37,508 nucleotides of DNA from Nitrospina sp. (GCA_004357365.1 SMVT01000005.1:1-37508), one strand, 5' to 3'; shown: positions 25,394-34,087, numbered from the stretch's first letter. The notes: generated by a model not told the origin, from the letters alone. Numbers and translations: made by a program.

Positions 25394-26258
25394 CCGGCTG
25401 ACCGTAAGTGCGGCGTTCGTAGATTTTCCAGATGCGGACGGCCTGGGCGCGCTCCAGTTCGGTGCCGCCGTTGTAGATCGCGGTCAGGTCTTGGTTGGTC
25501 AGAACCATCAGCGCGACCGACATCACGTCGGTCACCGTCTCCGGGCCGTAATGCACGAGGCCTTCATGCGCGTCCGGCCACCAGGGGACCAACGAAATTT
25601 TGGGGATGTTGAGTTTGCGCCGGTCATCCATGTACTTGATGATCGCGGGCACGGCTTCCTGGCCCAAGGCGATCACCGCCTCGTACACCCCCTGCGCCGT
25701 CCCGGGATCGGTCCGCCGGTCGACCATCAGTTCCACCAGACTCTGCACTTCCGATTCTTTCGGTAACACGTTGCCGGCGGCATAGCTGTCGCTTGCCTGA
25801 ACCAATTTTTCCTGGGCTGAGACTTCTTGGTGGACGCGGTCGGCCAGCATTTCGCTCGCTGGTTGCATCGCCGCCGCCGCATACACCGCCAGGTAATACT
25901 TTTCCCTCACGTTCTGGAGGAGCACAACCACCGGCTGGCCGTTGAGAGAAATGATTTTCTGCCGGGAAACGCCCCCGTATTGTTCCGTATCCGTGTAATA
26001 ACGGAATTTGAATCCCGGCGATTCCAGCTCCCCCTTAAGTGCGGTTTTGACAGCAACCGGCACCTCAACATATTCATGTTCACCGCTCTGTTCCGCTTTT
26101 AGGATGGCCGCCACCGGCACCTCCATCGTGCCTTCCACAATCAGATAACTCTTCGCCACCAGCCGCCAGAACGGGTACTCATTTTCCGCTTCCGCCTGAA
26201 CCATACCCGGCCAGAGAAGCGCCCATACCATCAGCACGATTTTCAATTCAGTTTTCAT
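25383..26258 (-). CDS. hypothetical secreted protein (291 aa) with a HEAT-like repeat segment
   Basis: Signal peptide MKTELKIVLMVWALLWPGMVQA. VIALGQEAVPAIIKYMDD resembles a HEAT/PBS-lyase repeat. Lies 67 nt downstream of the dehydrogenase gene on the same strand. Its 3' end overlaps the ychF 3' end by 11 nt. Confidence 0.65.
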   Translation of the reverse strand: MKTELKIVLMVWALLWPGMVQAEAENEYPFWRLVAKSYLIVEGTMEVPVAAILKAEQSGEHEYVEVPVAVKTALKGELESPGFKFRYYTDTEQYGGVSRQKIISLNGQPVVVLLQNVREKYYLAVYAAAAMQPASEMLADRVHQEVSAQEKLVQASDSYAAGNVLPKESEVQSLVELMVDRRTDPGTAQGVYEAVIALGQEAVPAIIKYMDDRRKLNIPKISLVPWWPDAHEGLVHYGPETVTDVMSVALMVLTNQDLTAIYNGGTELERAQAVRIWKIYERRTYGQPVIH

Positions 26259-26325
26259 AATTTAAGATGCCTGGGACTGCGAATATAACGATTCAACCGC
26301 GCTATTCCGCCTGAGCCAAGCCGGA

Positions 26326-27312
26326 TCAAGCGTCACGCTTGCCCGGCCAATTGGGAATCAGGGTCCGGGGGATTTTGCCGTCCAGCGCGTCGAACACGTT
26401 GTCGACCACCAGCAGAGCCATGGTATCGCGGGTGGCTACCGAAGCGCTACCGATATGCGGGAGGAGGATCAGGTTGTCCAATTCGGTCATGCCTTCGGTC
26501 AAAGCCGGTTCATTTTCGAACACGTCGAGCGCCGCTCCCGCGATCGTATTATTTTTCAGCGCTTTCACCAATGCCTTATCGTCGACCACCTTGCCCCGCG
26601 CCGCGTGAATGAGATAGGCCGTCGGCTTCATCATCGCCAGCTGTTCGGCGCCGATCAGGTACTTCGTCTCGTCGGTCAACGGCACGTGCAGGGTGACGAA
26701 ATCGGATTCCTGCAACAACTCGTCGAGTGACACGAAGCGGGCGTTGAGCGTTTTTTCTTCCGCCTCCGGCAGTCGGTGGTGTTGGTGATAGAGCACGCGC
26801 ATATCGAATCCGAGGGCCCGCCTGGCTACCCCCGCCCCGATTTCGCCGCATCCGATCACCCCCAGGGTTTGGCCGTGCACATCGCCGCCCCGAAACAAGT
26901 CGGCCTGCCAGCCGTGAAACCGGCCCTCACGGGTGAAGCGGTCCGACTCGACGATGCGCCGCGCGATGCCCAGCATCATCGCCCAAGTGAGGTCGGCGGT
27001 GGTCTCGTGCAGGACGCTGGGGGTGTTGCTCACCCAGATGTTTTTCCGTTGGGCGTGGGCGACGTCGATATTATTGTACCCGGCGCCGTAATTGGCGACA
27101 ATCTTCAGGGGGTCGCCGCCGGCGTCGAGGACGGCGGCGTCGATTTTATCGGTCAGATAACTGATGAGCGCTGCGCTTTTCGCGGCCCAGTCGCCGAGCT
27201 GGGCAGCGGTCAGGGAATTTTCCGAATCGTTATACAGCACCTCGGCGCGGCGTTTCAGTTTTTCGAGCGCCACCGGCGGGAAAATGTGGGTCACGGCTAC
27301 GGTCGGCTTCAT
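26326..27312 (-). CDS. D-isomer-specific 2-hydroxyacid dehydrogenase (glyoxylate/hydroxypyruvate reductase-like)
   Basis: NAD motif GVIGCGEIGAGVARR, a catalytic ARG...E...H arrangement (HAARGKVVD, LDVFENEP, PHIGSAS). Confidence 0.88.
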   Translation of the reverse strand: MKPTVAVTHIFPPVALEKLKRRAEVLYNDSENSLTAAQLGDWAAKSAALISYLTDKIDAAVLDAGGDPLKIVANYGAGYNNIDVAHAQRKNIWVSNTPSVLHETTADLTWAMMLGIARRIVESDRFTREGRFHGWQADLFRGGDVHGQTLGVIGCGEIGAGVARRALGFDMRVLYHQHHRLPEAEEKTLNARFVSLDELLQESDFVTLHVPLTDETKYLIGAEQLAMMKPTAYLIHAARGKVVDDKALVKALKNNTIAGAALDVFENEPALTEGMTELDNLILLPHIGSASVATRDTMALLVVDNVFDALDGKIPRTLIPNWPGKRDA

Positions 27313-27631
27313 TTCATCTCATTTCTTGAATCAGGAGACCCCCTGCGAGCATGATCGCAATCAAACGTTACATCATAAATAAATTCCCCTTTCAGTTCCA
27401 CCGGAATTGCGGAAAAGGAGTTAATCTCGGCGATTTGCGGCGGTCCCTGACCGGACGAGAGCTTTGCATAACCCGTTCTTCCAAAGTTTGAAGAACCACC
27501 AAAATCCCTCTCCCCCAAGGGGAGAAGAAGCTCTTGCGATACTGTGCCCTTACTCCGCTTATTATTCAAATCTCCTGCCGTGAAGGCTATTTGAGGGTGA
27601 ACCCGGAGCGCGGTTGGTGTAAAATCCGGTC

Positions 27632-28270
27632 ATGTTGACCATCAACGAGATATTCAAGAGCATCCAGGGCGAATCCTCCTATACCGGGCGGCCCTGTATT
27701 TTCATCCGCCTGACCGGATGCAACCTGCGGTGCAGCTGGTGCGATACCGAGTACGCATTTTACGAGGGCCAGCCCAAATCCGTAAAAGACATCATGGACG
27801 CCATCGAGCCTCTGGGCGTCCCGCTGGTGGAGATCACCGGCGGCGAACCGCTTCTGCAGGAGGAAGTGTACGACCTCATGGACGTCCTGCTCGCCAAGAA
27901 CTATGAAGTCCTGCTGGAAACCGGCGGCGGGGTCTCCGTCGCCAAAGTTCCGGAGCGGGTGATCAAAATTCTGGACATCAAATGCCCCGGCAGCGGCGAG
28001 GACGCGAAAAACCTGTGGGACAACCTGGATCACCTCAACCCGCACGACGAGGTGAAGTTTGTGCTGGCGGACCGCGCCGATTACGAGTGGAGCCGGGACG
28101 TGCTCCAGCGCCGGGACATTCACCAAAAGGTGCAGGTGCTTTTTTCACCGGTTTATGACACACTCGGCCTCAAGGAGCTGGCCGCATGGGTGCTGGACGA
28201 CAACCTGCCGGTACGGGTGCAGACCCAGCTCCATAAAATCATCTGGGGGAAGGACGCCATCGGCGTGTGA
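27632..28270 (+). CDS. queE: 7-carboxy-7-deazaguanine synthase QueE (radical SAM)
   Basis: IFKSIQGESSYTGRPCIFIRLTGCNLRCSWCDTEYAF, the QueE-type CX14CX2C cluster. Confidence 0.9.
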   Translation: MLTINEIFKSIQGESSYTGRPCIFIRLTGCNLRCSWCDTEYAFYEGQPKSVKDIMDAIEPLGVPLVEITGGEPLLQEEVYDLMDVLLAKNYEVLLETGGGVSVAKVPERVIKILDIKCPGSGEDAKNLWDNLDHLNPHDEVKFVLADRADYEWSRDVLQRRDIHQKVQVLFSPVYDTLGLKELAAWVLDDNLPVRVQTQLHKIIWGKDAIGV

Positions 28271-28304
28271 CCCGTCGCTCCGCGCGGGGCGAGCATTAAA
28301 AGCT

Positions 28305-28463
28305 CCTCCCCTTACCGAGGGGAGGTTACGGGTGAGGTGGGGTTTTAGAGAGTGTAGTTGCCCCATTTATGGGCTCTTTTTAAAACCGCTCGATAAATCG
28401 AGCAACTACAGAAAAAGGGGCAAATCATCAACCACCCCCAGCCCCTCCTTTGGTAAGGAGGGG
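28305..28463. repeat. composite palindromic intergenic element: C-rich hairpin, three-way-junction core, C-rich hairpin
   Basis: Hairpin CCTCCCC-ttaccga-GGGGAGG at 28305-28325. Core: outer stem TGTAGTT (28353-28359) / AACTACA (28404-28410) enclosing hairpins CCCAtttaTGGG (28362-28373) and GCTCGAtaaaTCGAGC (28388-28403). Hairpin CCCCTCC-tttggtaa-GGAGGGG at 28442-28463. Confidence 0.7.
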
Positions 28464-28495
28464 AGCGACTTCTGCAAAGGTCTCCTTTCCCAGCC

Positions 28496-29587
28496 ATGAC
28501 CACAATCGCCGGAAAAAGGAAAATCCAAAAAGCCCTGCTGGATTGGTTTGACCGCGATCAACGCGCCATGCCGTGGCGGCAAACCGGCAACCCGTATCCG
28601 ATCTGGGTGTCCGAAATCATGCTCCAGCAGACGCAGGTGCAAACCGTCATTCCCTATTTCCGGCGCTGGATGAAAACCTTCCCGACCCTCCGGAAACTGG
28701 CGCGGTCGCGGCAGGAGACGGTGCTCAAGCACTGGGAGGGCCTCGGCTATTATTCGCGCGCCCGCAACCTGCACCGGGCCGCCCAACAGGTGGTGAGGAA
28801 ACACCAGGGAAAGGTGCCGGATACGTATGAAGAACTCATCCAACTGCCCGGCATCGGGCGCTACACTGCGGGAGCGATATTGAGCATCGCGTTCGGCCAA
28901 CCGGTGCCGGTGGTGGACGGCAACGTCAAGCGGGTGCTGTCGCGTCTGTTCGCGATTTCAACCAACGGGGTGCCATCCGCCCATGAGAAACGGTTGTGGG
29001 AGACCTCGGCGCAACTGGTGCCTGCCAACCGGCCGGGCGATTTCAACCAGGCGATGATGGAGTTGGGGGCGACGGTCTGCCTGCCGAAGAAACCGCTCTG
29101 CCTGGTGTGTCCCCTGCAACCGTCGTGCGAAGCCCGGAAGCGGGGCGAGGTCGAAAAATTTCCGAAGCCCAGGGCCCGGCCCGGTATCAAAAAAATTGAA
29201 GTGAGCGCGGCGGTCATCACCCGCAACGGAAAAGTCTTCATCCAGCAGAGGCCGCACGGCGGATTGATGGGCGGCCTCTGGGAGTTTCCCGGCGGCAAGC
29301 GCCAATCGAAGGAAACCGAAGAGGAATGTCTCAAGCGTGAGATCCAGGAAGAGCTGGGCATCGCCATCGCCATTTCAAAAAAAATGATGACCATCAAGCA
29401 CAGCTACACGCAGTTCCGGGTGACGCTGAACGTGTTCTGGTGTCCCTGGCAGTCGGGCCGCATCCGCGCTACCCAGTGCGAACAGTGGAAATGGGTCAAG
29501 TATGAGAATTTGGACCACTACACCTTCCCGGCGGCCAACGCCAAAATCGTAAAAATCCTGCTGAACGGCCACGGAACTTTCAAATAA
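28496..29587 (+). CDS. mutY: A/G-specific adenine DNA glycosylase MutY
   Basis: PWRQTGNPYPIWVSEIMLQQTQV, HhH-GPD (GIGRYTAGAILSIAF...VDGNV), an FeS cluster CX6CX2CX5C (CLPKKPLCLVCPLQPSC), and a C-terminal NUDIX-like domain. Confidence 0.9.
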   Translation: MTTIAGKRKIQKALLDWFDRDQRAMPWRQTGNPYPIWVSEIMLQQTQVQTVIPYFRRWMKTFPTLRKLARSRQETVLKHWEGLGYYSRARNLHRAAQQVVRKHQGKVPDTYEELIQLPGIGRYTAGAILSIAFGQPVPVVDGNVKRVLSRLFAISTNGVPSAHEKRLWETSAQLVPANRPGDFNQAMMELGATVCLPKKPLCLVCPLQPSCEARKRGEVEKFPKPRARPGIKKIEVSAAVITRNGKVFIQQRPHGGLMGGLWEFPGGKRQSKETEEECLKREIQEELGIAIAISKKMMTIKHSYTQFRVTLNVFWCPWQSGRIRATQCEQWKWVKYENLDHYTFPAANAKIVKILLNGHGTFK

Positions 29588-29591
29588 ATTC

Positions 29592-30734
29592 ATGCTGAAC
29601 GATCTTCAGAAAAATACCGGGGTCAAAGTCATCGTGGTCGGCGCGGTGGCCAACCTGGTTCTGGCGATGCTCAAAATCGCCGCGGGAATCGTCGGACGCA
29701 GCACCGCCATGGTCGCCGACGGCATTCATTCCCTGTCGGATTTGCTGACCGACGGCGTGGTGCTGTTCGCGCACAAGATCGGCCAGATCCCGGCGGACGA
29801 AAACCACCCTTACGGCCACGGCCGGGCGGAGACCCTGGGCGCCACCCTGGTGGGGGCGGTGATCATGGTCGCGGGGCTGGGGCTGGCCTACGGGTCTTGG
29901 GAAATCATTTCGACGGACGCCTTCCGCACACCGACCTGGCCGGCGTTGGCCGCGGCGGTGATTTCCATTGCGGTCAAAGAATTTCTGTTCCACTACACAC
30001 TTGCAGCGGGTGAAACCACCAAAAGCCCATCCCTGGTCGCGAATGCCTGGCACCACCGCTCGGACGGCCTCTCCTCCATCGCCGCCCTGATCGGCATCGG
30101 GGGCGCGATGGCGGGCTATCCCATCATGGACCCGGTCGCGGCCATCGTGGTGGCGGTGATGATCCTGAAGGTGGGGTACAACATCGCCTTCAGCGGGTTG
30201 AGCGATCTTATGGACACGGCCCTGAGCGAAGAGGAAACCCGGCGCATCCAAACGATGATCAATGGCATGCCCGGAGTGGTGCAAACGCATAATTTAAGAA
30301 CGCGGCGGATCGGCGGTGAAGTGCTGATGGACGTTCAGATTCTGGTCGACCCGCAAGTCTCGGTCACCGAGGGCCATCATATCGCCGAAAACGTGCGGCG
30401 CAAATTGATCCGCGCCATGGATAATGTTCAGGATATTCTGGTTCACGTCGATACTGAGGACGACATAGCGTTCGATTCCATTTACTGGGCTAACCGGAAC
30501 TATCTGGAGAAGCAGGTGGACCCCATTATTGATGCGACGAAGGGGATCCGGAACCGGACCCAACTGCGCGTTCATTACCACGGCGGGAAAACCACGCTGG
30601 AAGTATTTATAATAATGAGGGACGGGATCGGTTCCGAACAAACCGGGGCCACGGTTCGGGAGCTTAAAGAAAATCTGCAGACCATCGAGCACGTGGACGA
30701 GGTGCGCGTGTTCATCGATACGAATTCACAATAG
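29592..30734 (+). CDS. cation diffusion facilitator (CDF) transporter with an extra C-terminal domain
   Basis: TM core with HSLSDLLTD and HHRSDGLSS metal-site motifs, a cytoplasmic domain (residues about 212-289), and a second similar segment (about 291-380). Confidence 0.88.
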   Translation: MLNDLQKNTGVKVIVVGAVANLVLAMLKIAAGIVGRSTAMVADGIHSLSDLLTDGVVLFAHKIGQIPADENHPYGHGRAETLGATLVGAVIMVAGLGLAYGSWEIISTDAFRTPTWPALAAAVISIAVKEFLFHYTLAAGETTKSPSLVANAWHHRSDGLSSIAALIGIGGAMAGYPIMDPVAAIVVAVMILKVGYNIAFSGLSDLMDTALSEEETRRIQTMINGMPGVVQTHNLRTRRIGGEVLMDVQILVDPQVSVTEGHHIAENVRRKLIRAMDNVQDILVHVDTEDDIAFDSIYWANRNYLEKQVDPIIDATKGIRNRTQLRVHYHGGKTTLEVFIIMRDGIGSEQTGATVRELKENLQTIEHVDEVRVFIDTNSQ

Positions 30735-30760
30735 ACTCAAAAAGGAAAGGAGCGGTTTTC

Positions 30761-31075
30761 ATGCCGGTATGCATGACAGCGCGTTATCAGGTCGCACCGG
30801 AAAGGGTGGAGGAATGCAAACGCACGATTGAGGATTTCGTGAAATATATACGGATCAACGAGCCGACCACGCTGTTTTACATGGCGAACCAGGAGATGGG
30901 GCGTCCCACCCGGTTTTTACACACGATGATTTTCGAAAACGAGGAGGCCATCGCCATCCACCAGAAATCGCCCGCCACCAAGCGGTTTGTGGACATGATT
31001 TATCCCGCCGCCCTGGAGCCTCTGGAGTTCAACCAATACTATATTCTCGGCGTCAAAAACGAGTACAAAGGGTGA
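30761..31075 (+). CDS. antibiotic-biosynthesis-monooxygenase (ABM/Dabb) domain protein
   Basis: 104 aa. The pattern FV..IR.NEPTTLFY...F.HTMIFENEEAIAIHQKSPATKRF is typical of the ferredoxin-like ABM fold. Confidence 0.65.
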   Translation: MPVCMTARYQVAPERVEECKRTIEDFVKYIRINEPTTLFYMANQEMGRPTRFLHTMIFENEEAIAIHQKSPATKRFVDMIYPAALEPLEFNQYYILGVKNEYKG

Positions 31076-31095
31076 ACGGTTGAATAGGGGCGGGT

Positions 31096-32661
31096 CTACT
31101 TAATAATGGAATCAATCGTATTGAGAAACGAAGTTATTTCAATCGGCTTTGAGATGTAGGCCCGAAAACCCATATTGAGAGCCTTATCGATATCGGATTG
31201 CCTGGCATGGGCGGTCAAGGCAACCACCGGGATGGCCTTCGTTTGGGGATCTTGGTTTAGCGCTTTAAAGGCCGCGAACCCATCCATGCCGGGAAGCCGA
31301 AGGTCCATTAAAATGACATCGGGCCTATGGGCTTTGGCCAGTTCAATACCCTTTTCGGCATTTGTTGAAATTTGCAAGTGAAAATTCGGCCGGAGTTTTA
31401 CAATCCCTTCCACCACCCCTATATTGACAAGATTATCTTCTATATAAAGGATTTGAACCGGTTCGGCTTCCGGGTGGGACGCTTGCAGGCGGTCCCAGCC
31501 GATTGAGGTGTCGGGTTCAGGACTGATGTTCTTTCCGCAAGGAAAAGAAACAGTAAAACAACTGCCCTCTCCTACCTTGCTTTCCACGGCCAGGGTTCCA
31601 TTCATTCGGGAAACCAGTTGTTTGGTGATGCTCAGTCCAATTCCCGTTCCTTCAATATCTCCAAATTCATAATTCAACCGGTTGAAAGGTTCAAACAGAT
31701 CGTCCATTCGTTCCTGTGGGATCCCTACTCCCGTGTCCCGTACGCGGATGGCAATGGCTTCGGGTGGGTTATCTACGGAAATCGATACGATTCCTTCCGC
31801 ACGGTTGTATTTGATAGCATTGGAAACGAGATTGATCAAAATTTGCTTAAACCGCATCTTGTCCACCAAAATACTATGTTCGGCATCTGCAAGGTTCTCG
31901 GTGACAATACGGACCCCAAATGATTTTCGAAGAGGTTCCATCTGCGAAATAATCTCCTGGATCACGGGACCGACGGGGAAATTTTCCAACGCCAGTTCAA
32001 CATTTCCGGATTCGAGCCTGGATAAATCCAGCACTTCGTCGATCAACAGTTTCAGGTGTTGACCCGCTTTCAGGATGTGTTGGATATTTTCCCGATTCCC
32101 CTCATCTAAATTTTTCGTGGAATCGAGATCCATGATTTGTGCGAAACCGAGGATGCCGTTCAAGGGCGTTCGCAGTTCATGGCTCATCCGGGAAAGAAAT
32201 TCACTTTTGGCTGAATTCGATTTTTCAGCTTCTATTTTGGCCTGAACCAAACTTTCCTCGGTTTCTTTCGTACTGGTGATATCCATAGAATCTGCTTTGA
32301 TATATATGAGATTACCATCAGTATTAAAAAATGGACTGAGTGTAGTTCTGAACCAAATAACATTTCCATCTACTTCAAAAGAATATTCAATTGTATTCGT
32401 CTCCCCCTTAGCGGCGAGACGCATATGTTCATTAAAGATATCACGAGTAAATTTTGGTGCAGAATCAGTAGGAAAAGTATGTCCATAATAATCCTCGACA
32501 TTTTCAATCTGAAGAGCGACTACACCACTATTACTCATAAACTGCAATTTGAAATCTGGATCAAAAATTTTGTGACACACTGGCGAGGACTGTATCAAGT
32601 TATTTACGATAGAATCCTCATTTATAGATTGTAACAATGCATCCAAAGTTAATTTTTTCAT
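31096..32661 (-). CDS. hybrid sensor histidine kinase/response regulator (PAS - HisKA - HATPase_c - REC)
   Basis: H-box SEFLSRMSHELRTPLN; N, G1 and G2 boxes (NLVSNAIKYN, DTGVGI, GTGIGLS); a C-terminal receiver with ILMDLRLPGMDG...KP. The first in-frame ATG is 32661; the track start at 32751 is a TTG. Confidence 0.88.
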   Translation of the reverse strand: MKKLTLDALLQSINEDSIVNNLIQSSPVCHKIFDPDFKLQFMSNSGVVALQIENVEDYYGHTFPTDSAPKFTRDIFNEHMRLAAKGETNTIEYSFEVDGNVIWFRTTLSPFFNTDGNLIYIKADSMDITSTKETEESLVQAKIEAEKSNSAKSEFLSRMSHELRTPLNGILGFAQIMDLDSTKNLDEGNRENIQHILKAGQHLKLLIDEVLDLSRLESGNVELALENFPVGPVIQEIISQMEPLRKSFGVRIVTENLADAEHSILVDKMRFKQILINLVSNAIKYNRAEGIVSISVDNPPEAIAIRVRDTGVGIPQERMDDLFEPFNRLNYEFGDIEGTGIGLSITKQLVSRMNGTLAVESKVGEGSCFTVSFPCGKNISPEPDTSIGWDRLQASHPEAEPVQILYIEDNLVNIGVVEGIVKLRPNFHLQISTNAEKGIELAKAHRPDVILMDLRLPGMDGFAAFKALNQDPQTKAIPVVALTAHARQSDIDKALNMGFRAYISKPIEITSFLNTIDSIIK

Positions 32662-32924
32662 TTTACACTTAAAATCCTTTGAGATCGGTGAGTACAAAAT
32701 TTTTAAAACTCTTATAGGATTTAGAGTAAGTTGAGACCCATGGTCATACAAATTTAATTTTCCTTAAAAATTAACCCGTAAAGCCCTTTTTTCTCTTTCA
32801 CCCATTGGATCCCCCCGATTTTCATTGAAAACCCTGAAATCGCCCTATTTTAAGCCTTCCTCCCACTATAATAGTCGGGATAACTTCTTTTTAAATGGGC
32901 AATATGGGTTAATAAGAGTGAGGT

Positions 32925-34028
32925 CTACTTTTTGACTTTCATCTCTTTGAGTTCGTCACCGGACCATTTGAATGCCAGGCGGCTGCGGCCTTTGTGGGTT
33001 TTTTTCTGGAAGGCGGACCCGAACACCAGCGGCAGGGACACGCTGGGCTCGATAAAGGCCATACTGAAATTGGCCTGCTTGCTGACCTTGCCCCAGGACT
33101 GGGCCTCGGCCAGGGTACTGCCGCTGAGGCCTCCCCAATGCGGCACGTCGGTGGTCATCTGAATCGCATACTTGTGCCCGCCGGTGTATTTGCCGAAGAT
33201 ATAACTCATCACAATCGAATCGTTGATGTAATTTTTGGGAACGCCGCCCGCCACGTAAAACGCCGCGGTTCTTTTGGATTTCACCACAATCTGCGTGATT
33301 TCATAATTGTCACGGATCGAGTCGATGGTGATCGGTTCGCGTCCTTCCTTTTTGGCGACGAAGTAATGCTCGGTCAGACCGATGCCGATGCTGGAATCGT
33401 TGAGCGCCGGGCAGAAAATGGGCACGCCTTTTTTGCGGGCGGTCACGAGAATCGAGTCCTTGTCGTCAATGGTTTTGGAAAGACGGTGGATGAATTCCCG
33501 GCTGGAGTATTTGCGGGCGGGCAGACTGTCGGCGAACTGGCCGATCAGGGTATCAAACTGGGCGAATTTTTCCTCGTCGACATAAGTGTCGTAGATGCGG
33601 TTGATCAACAGGTCCCTGAGTTCCCGGTCGTCGGCCTGCGGGCTGCCGTAATAATGCCCGGCACCCATGGCGGCGTAAAAATCCTGATACAGAATCGCGC
33701 CGGTGGAAACCACCACGTCTACCATGTTGTGGTGAATCAGATCGCGGATGACCTTGCGCAATCCGGCGGCAATGAGCGGTCCCGCCAGACCCAGCATGAT
33801 GGTGGGGCGCTCTTTATCCTTCAGCATACGCTCAAAGATATCGGCGCACTGGCCGACGTTGCGAGCCTGGATGGAGGCGCCCTGAAACGCATCGACCAGA
33901 TCGGCCACGTTTTTGATTTTTGCGAAATCAACCTGATTGACGCGCCTTTTGAGGAGGGATTTTTTCCGCTTTTTTGCCTGGGGATTCAGCTTGTGAACGG
34001 AATCGAGGTAATCCTTATAAGCCATCAT
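32925..34028 (-). CDS. deoxyhypusine synthase family protein (bacterial DHS-like / homospermidine-synthase-like)
   Basis: DHS-type NAD-binding layout: LGLAGPLIAAGLR, VVSTGAILYQD, GGVPKNY, and EAQSWGK, which carries the conserved catalytic-type lysine. The second ATG at 34025 is equally possible as the start. Confidence 0.82.
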   Translation of the reverse strand: MMAYKDYLDSVHKLNPQAKKRKKSLLKRRVNQVDFAKIKNVADLVDAFQGASIQARNVGQCADIFERMLKDKERPTIMLGLAGPLIAAGLRKVIRDLIHHNMVDVVVSTGAILYQDFYAAMGAGHYYGSPQADDRELRDLLINRIYDTYVDEEKFAQFDTLIGQFADSLPARKYSSREFIHRLSKTIDDKDSILVTARKKGVPIFCPALNDSSIGIGLTEHYFVAKKEGREPITIDSIRDNYEITQIVVKSKRTAAFYVAGGVPKNYINDSIVMSYIFGKYTGGHKYAIQMTTDVPHWGGLSGSTLAEAQSWGKVSKQANFSMAFIEPSVSLPLVFGSAFQKKTHKGRSRLAFKWSGDELKEMKVKK

Positions 34029-34058
34029 TACTCCGCGGTGGGGGTTGGAAAGACCAGA

Positions 34059-34087
34059 ATAATAGCCTCATGTTCCCGGCAGGTCAA
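34059..34087 (-). promoter_or_regulatory. candidate promoter TTGACC-N17-TATTAT for the DHS-like gene
   Basis: On the reverse strand, TTGACC at 34087-34082, an exact 17-nt spacer, and TATTAT at 34064-34059, about 30 nt upstream of the ATG. Confidence 0.4.

Noticed and set aside
27313-27631. preQ1 riboswitch upstream of queE (also checked upstream of queC at 13529-13621)
   Set aside because: No small stem-loop followed by the A-rich tail / ...CCC...AAAAAACUA-type pattern characteristic of preQ1-I is present in either leader. The 86-aa ORF at 27309-27569 was also rejected because it overlaps the dehydrogenase start and shows no coding signal.
29580-30290. 236-aa - strand ORF, with similar long antisense ORFs at 28406-28900, 6270-6956, 7396-8136, 14873-15565, 35823-36422 and 34984-35586
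   Set aside because: All lie opposite strongly supported genes, have Arg/His/Gly/Asp-rich low-complexity translations and lack motifs. They are a GC-rich stop-codon-depletion artefact.
31096-34028. Low-GC kinase region as a mobile or defence island
   Set aside because: There is no integrase, transposase, tRNA attachment site, flanking direct repeat or defence-type domain. Only compositional deviation is seen, so it is reported as a finding about the kinase rather than as a mobile element.
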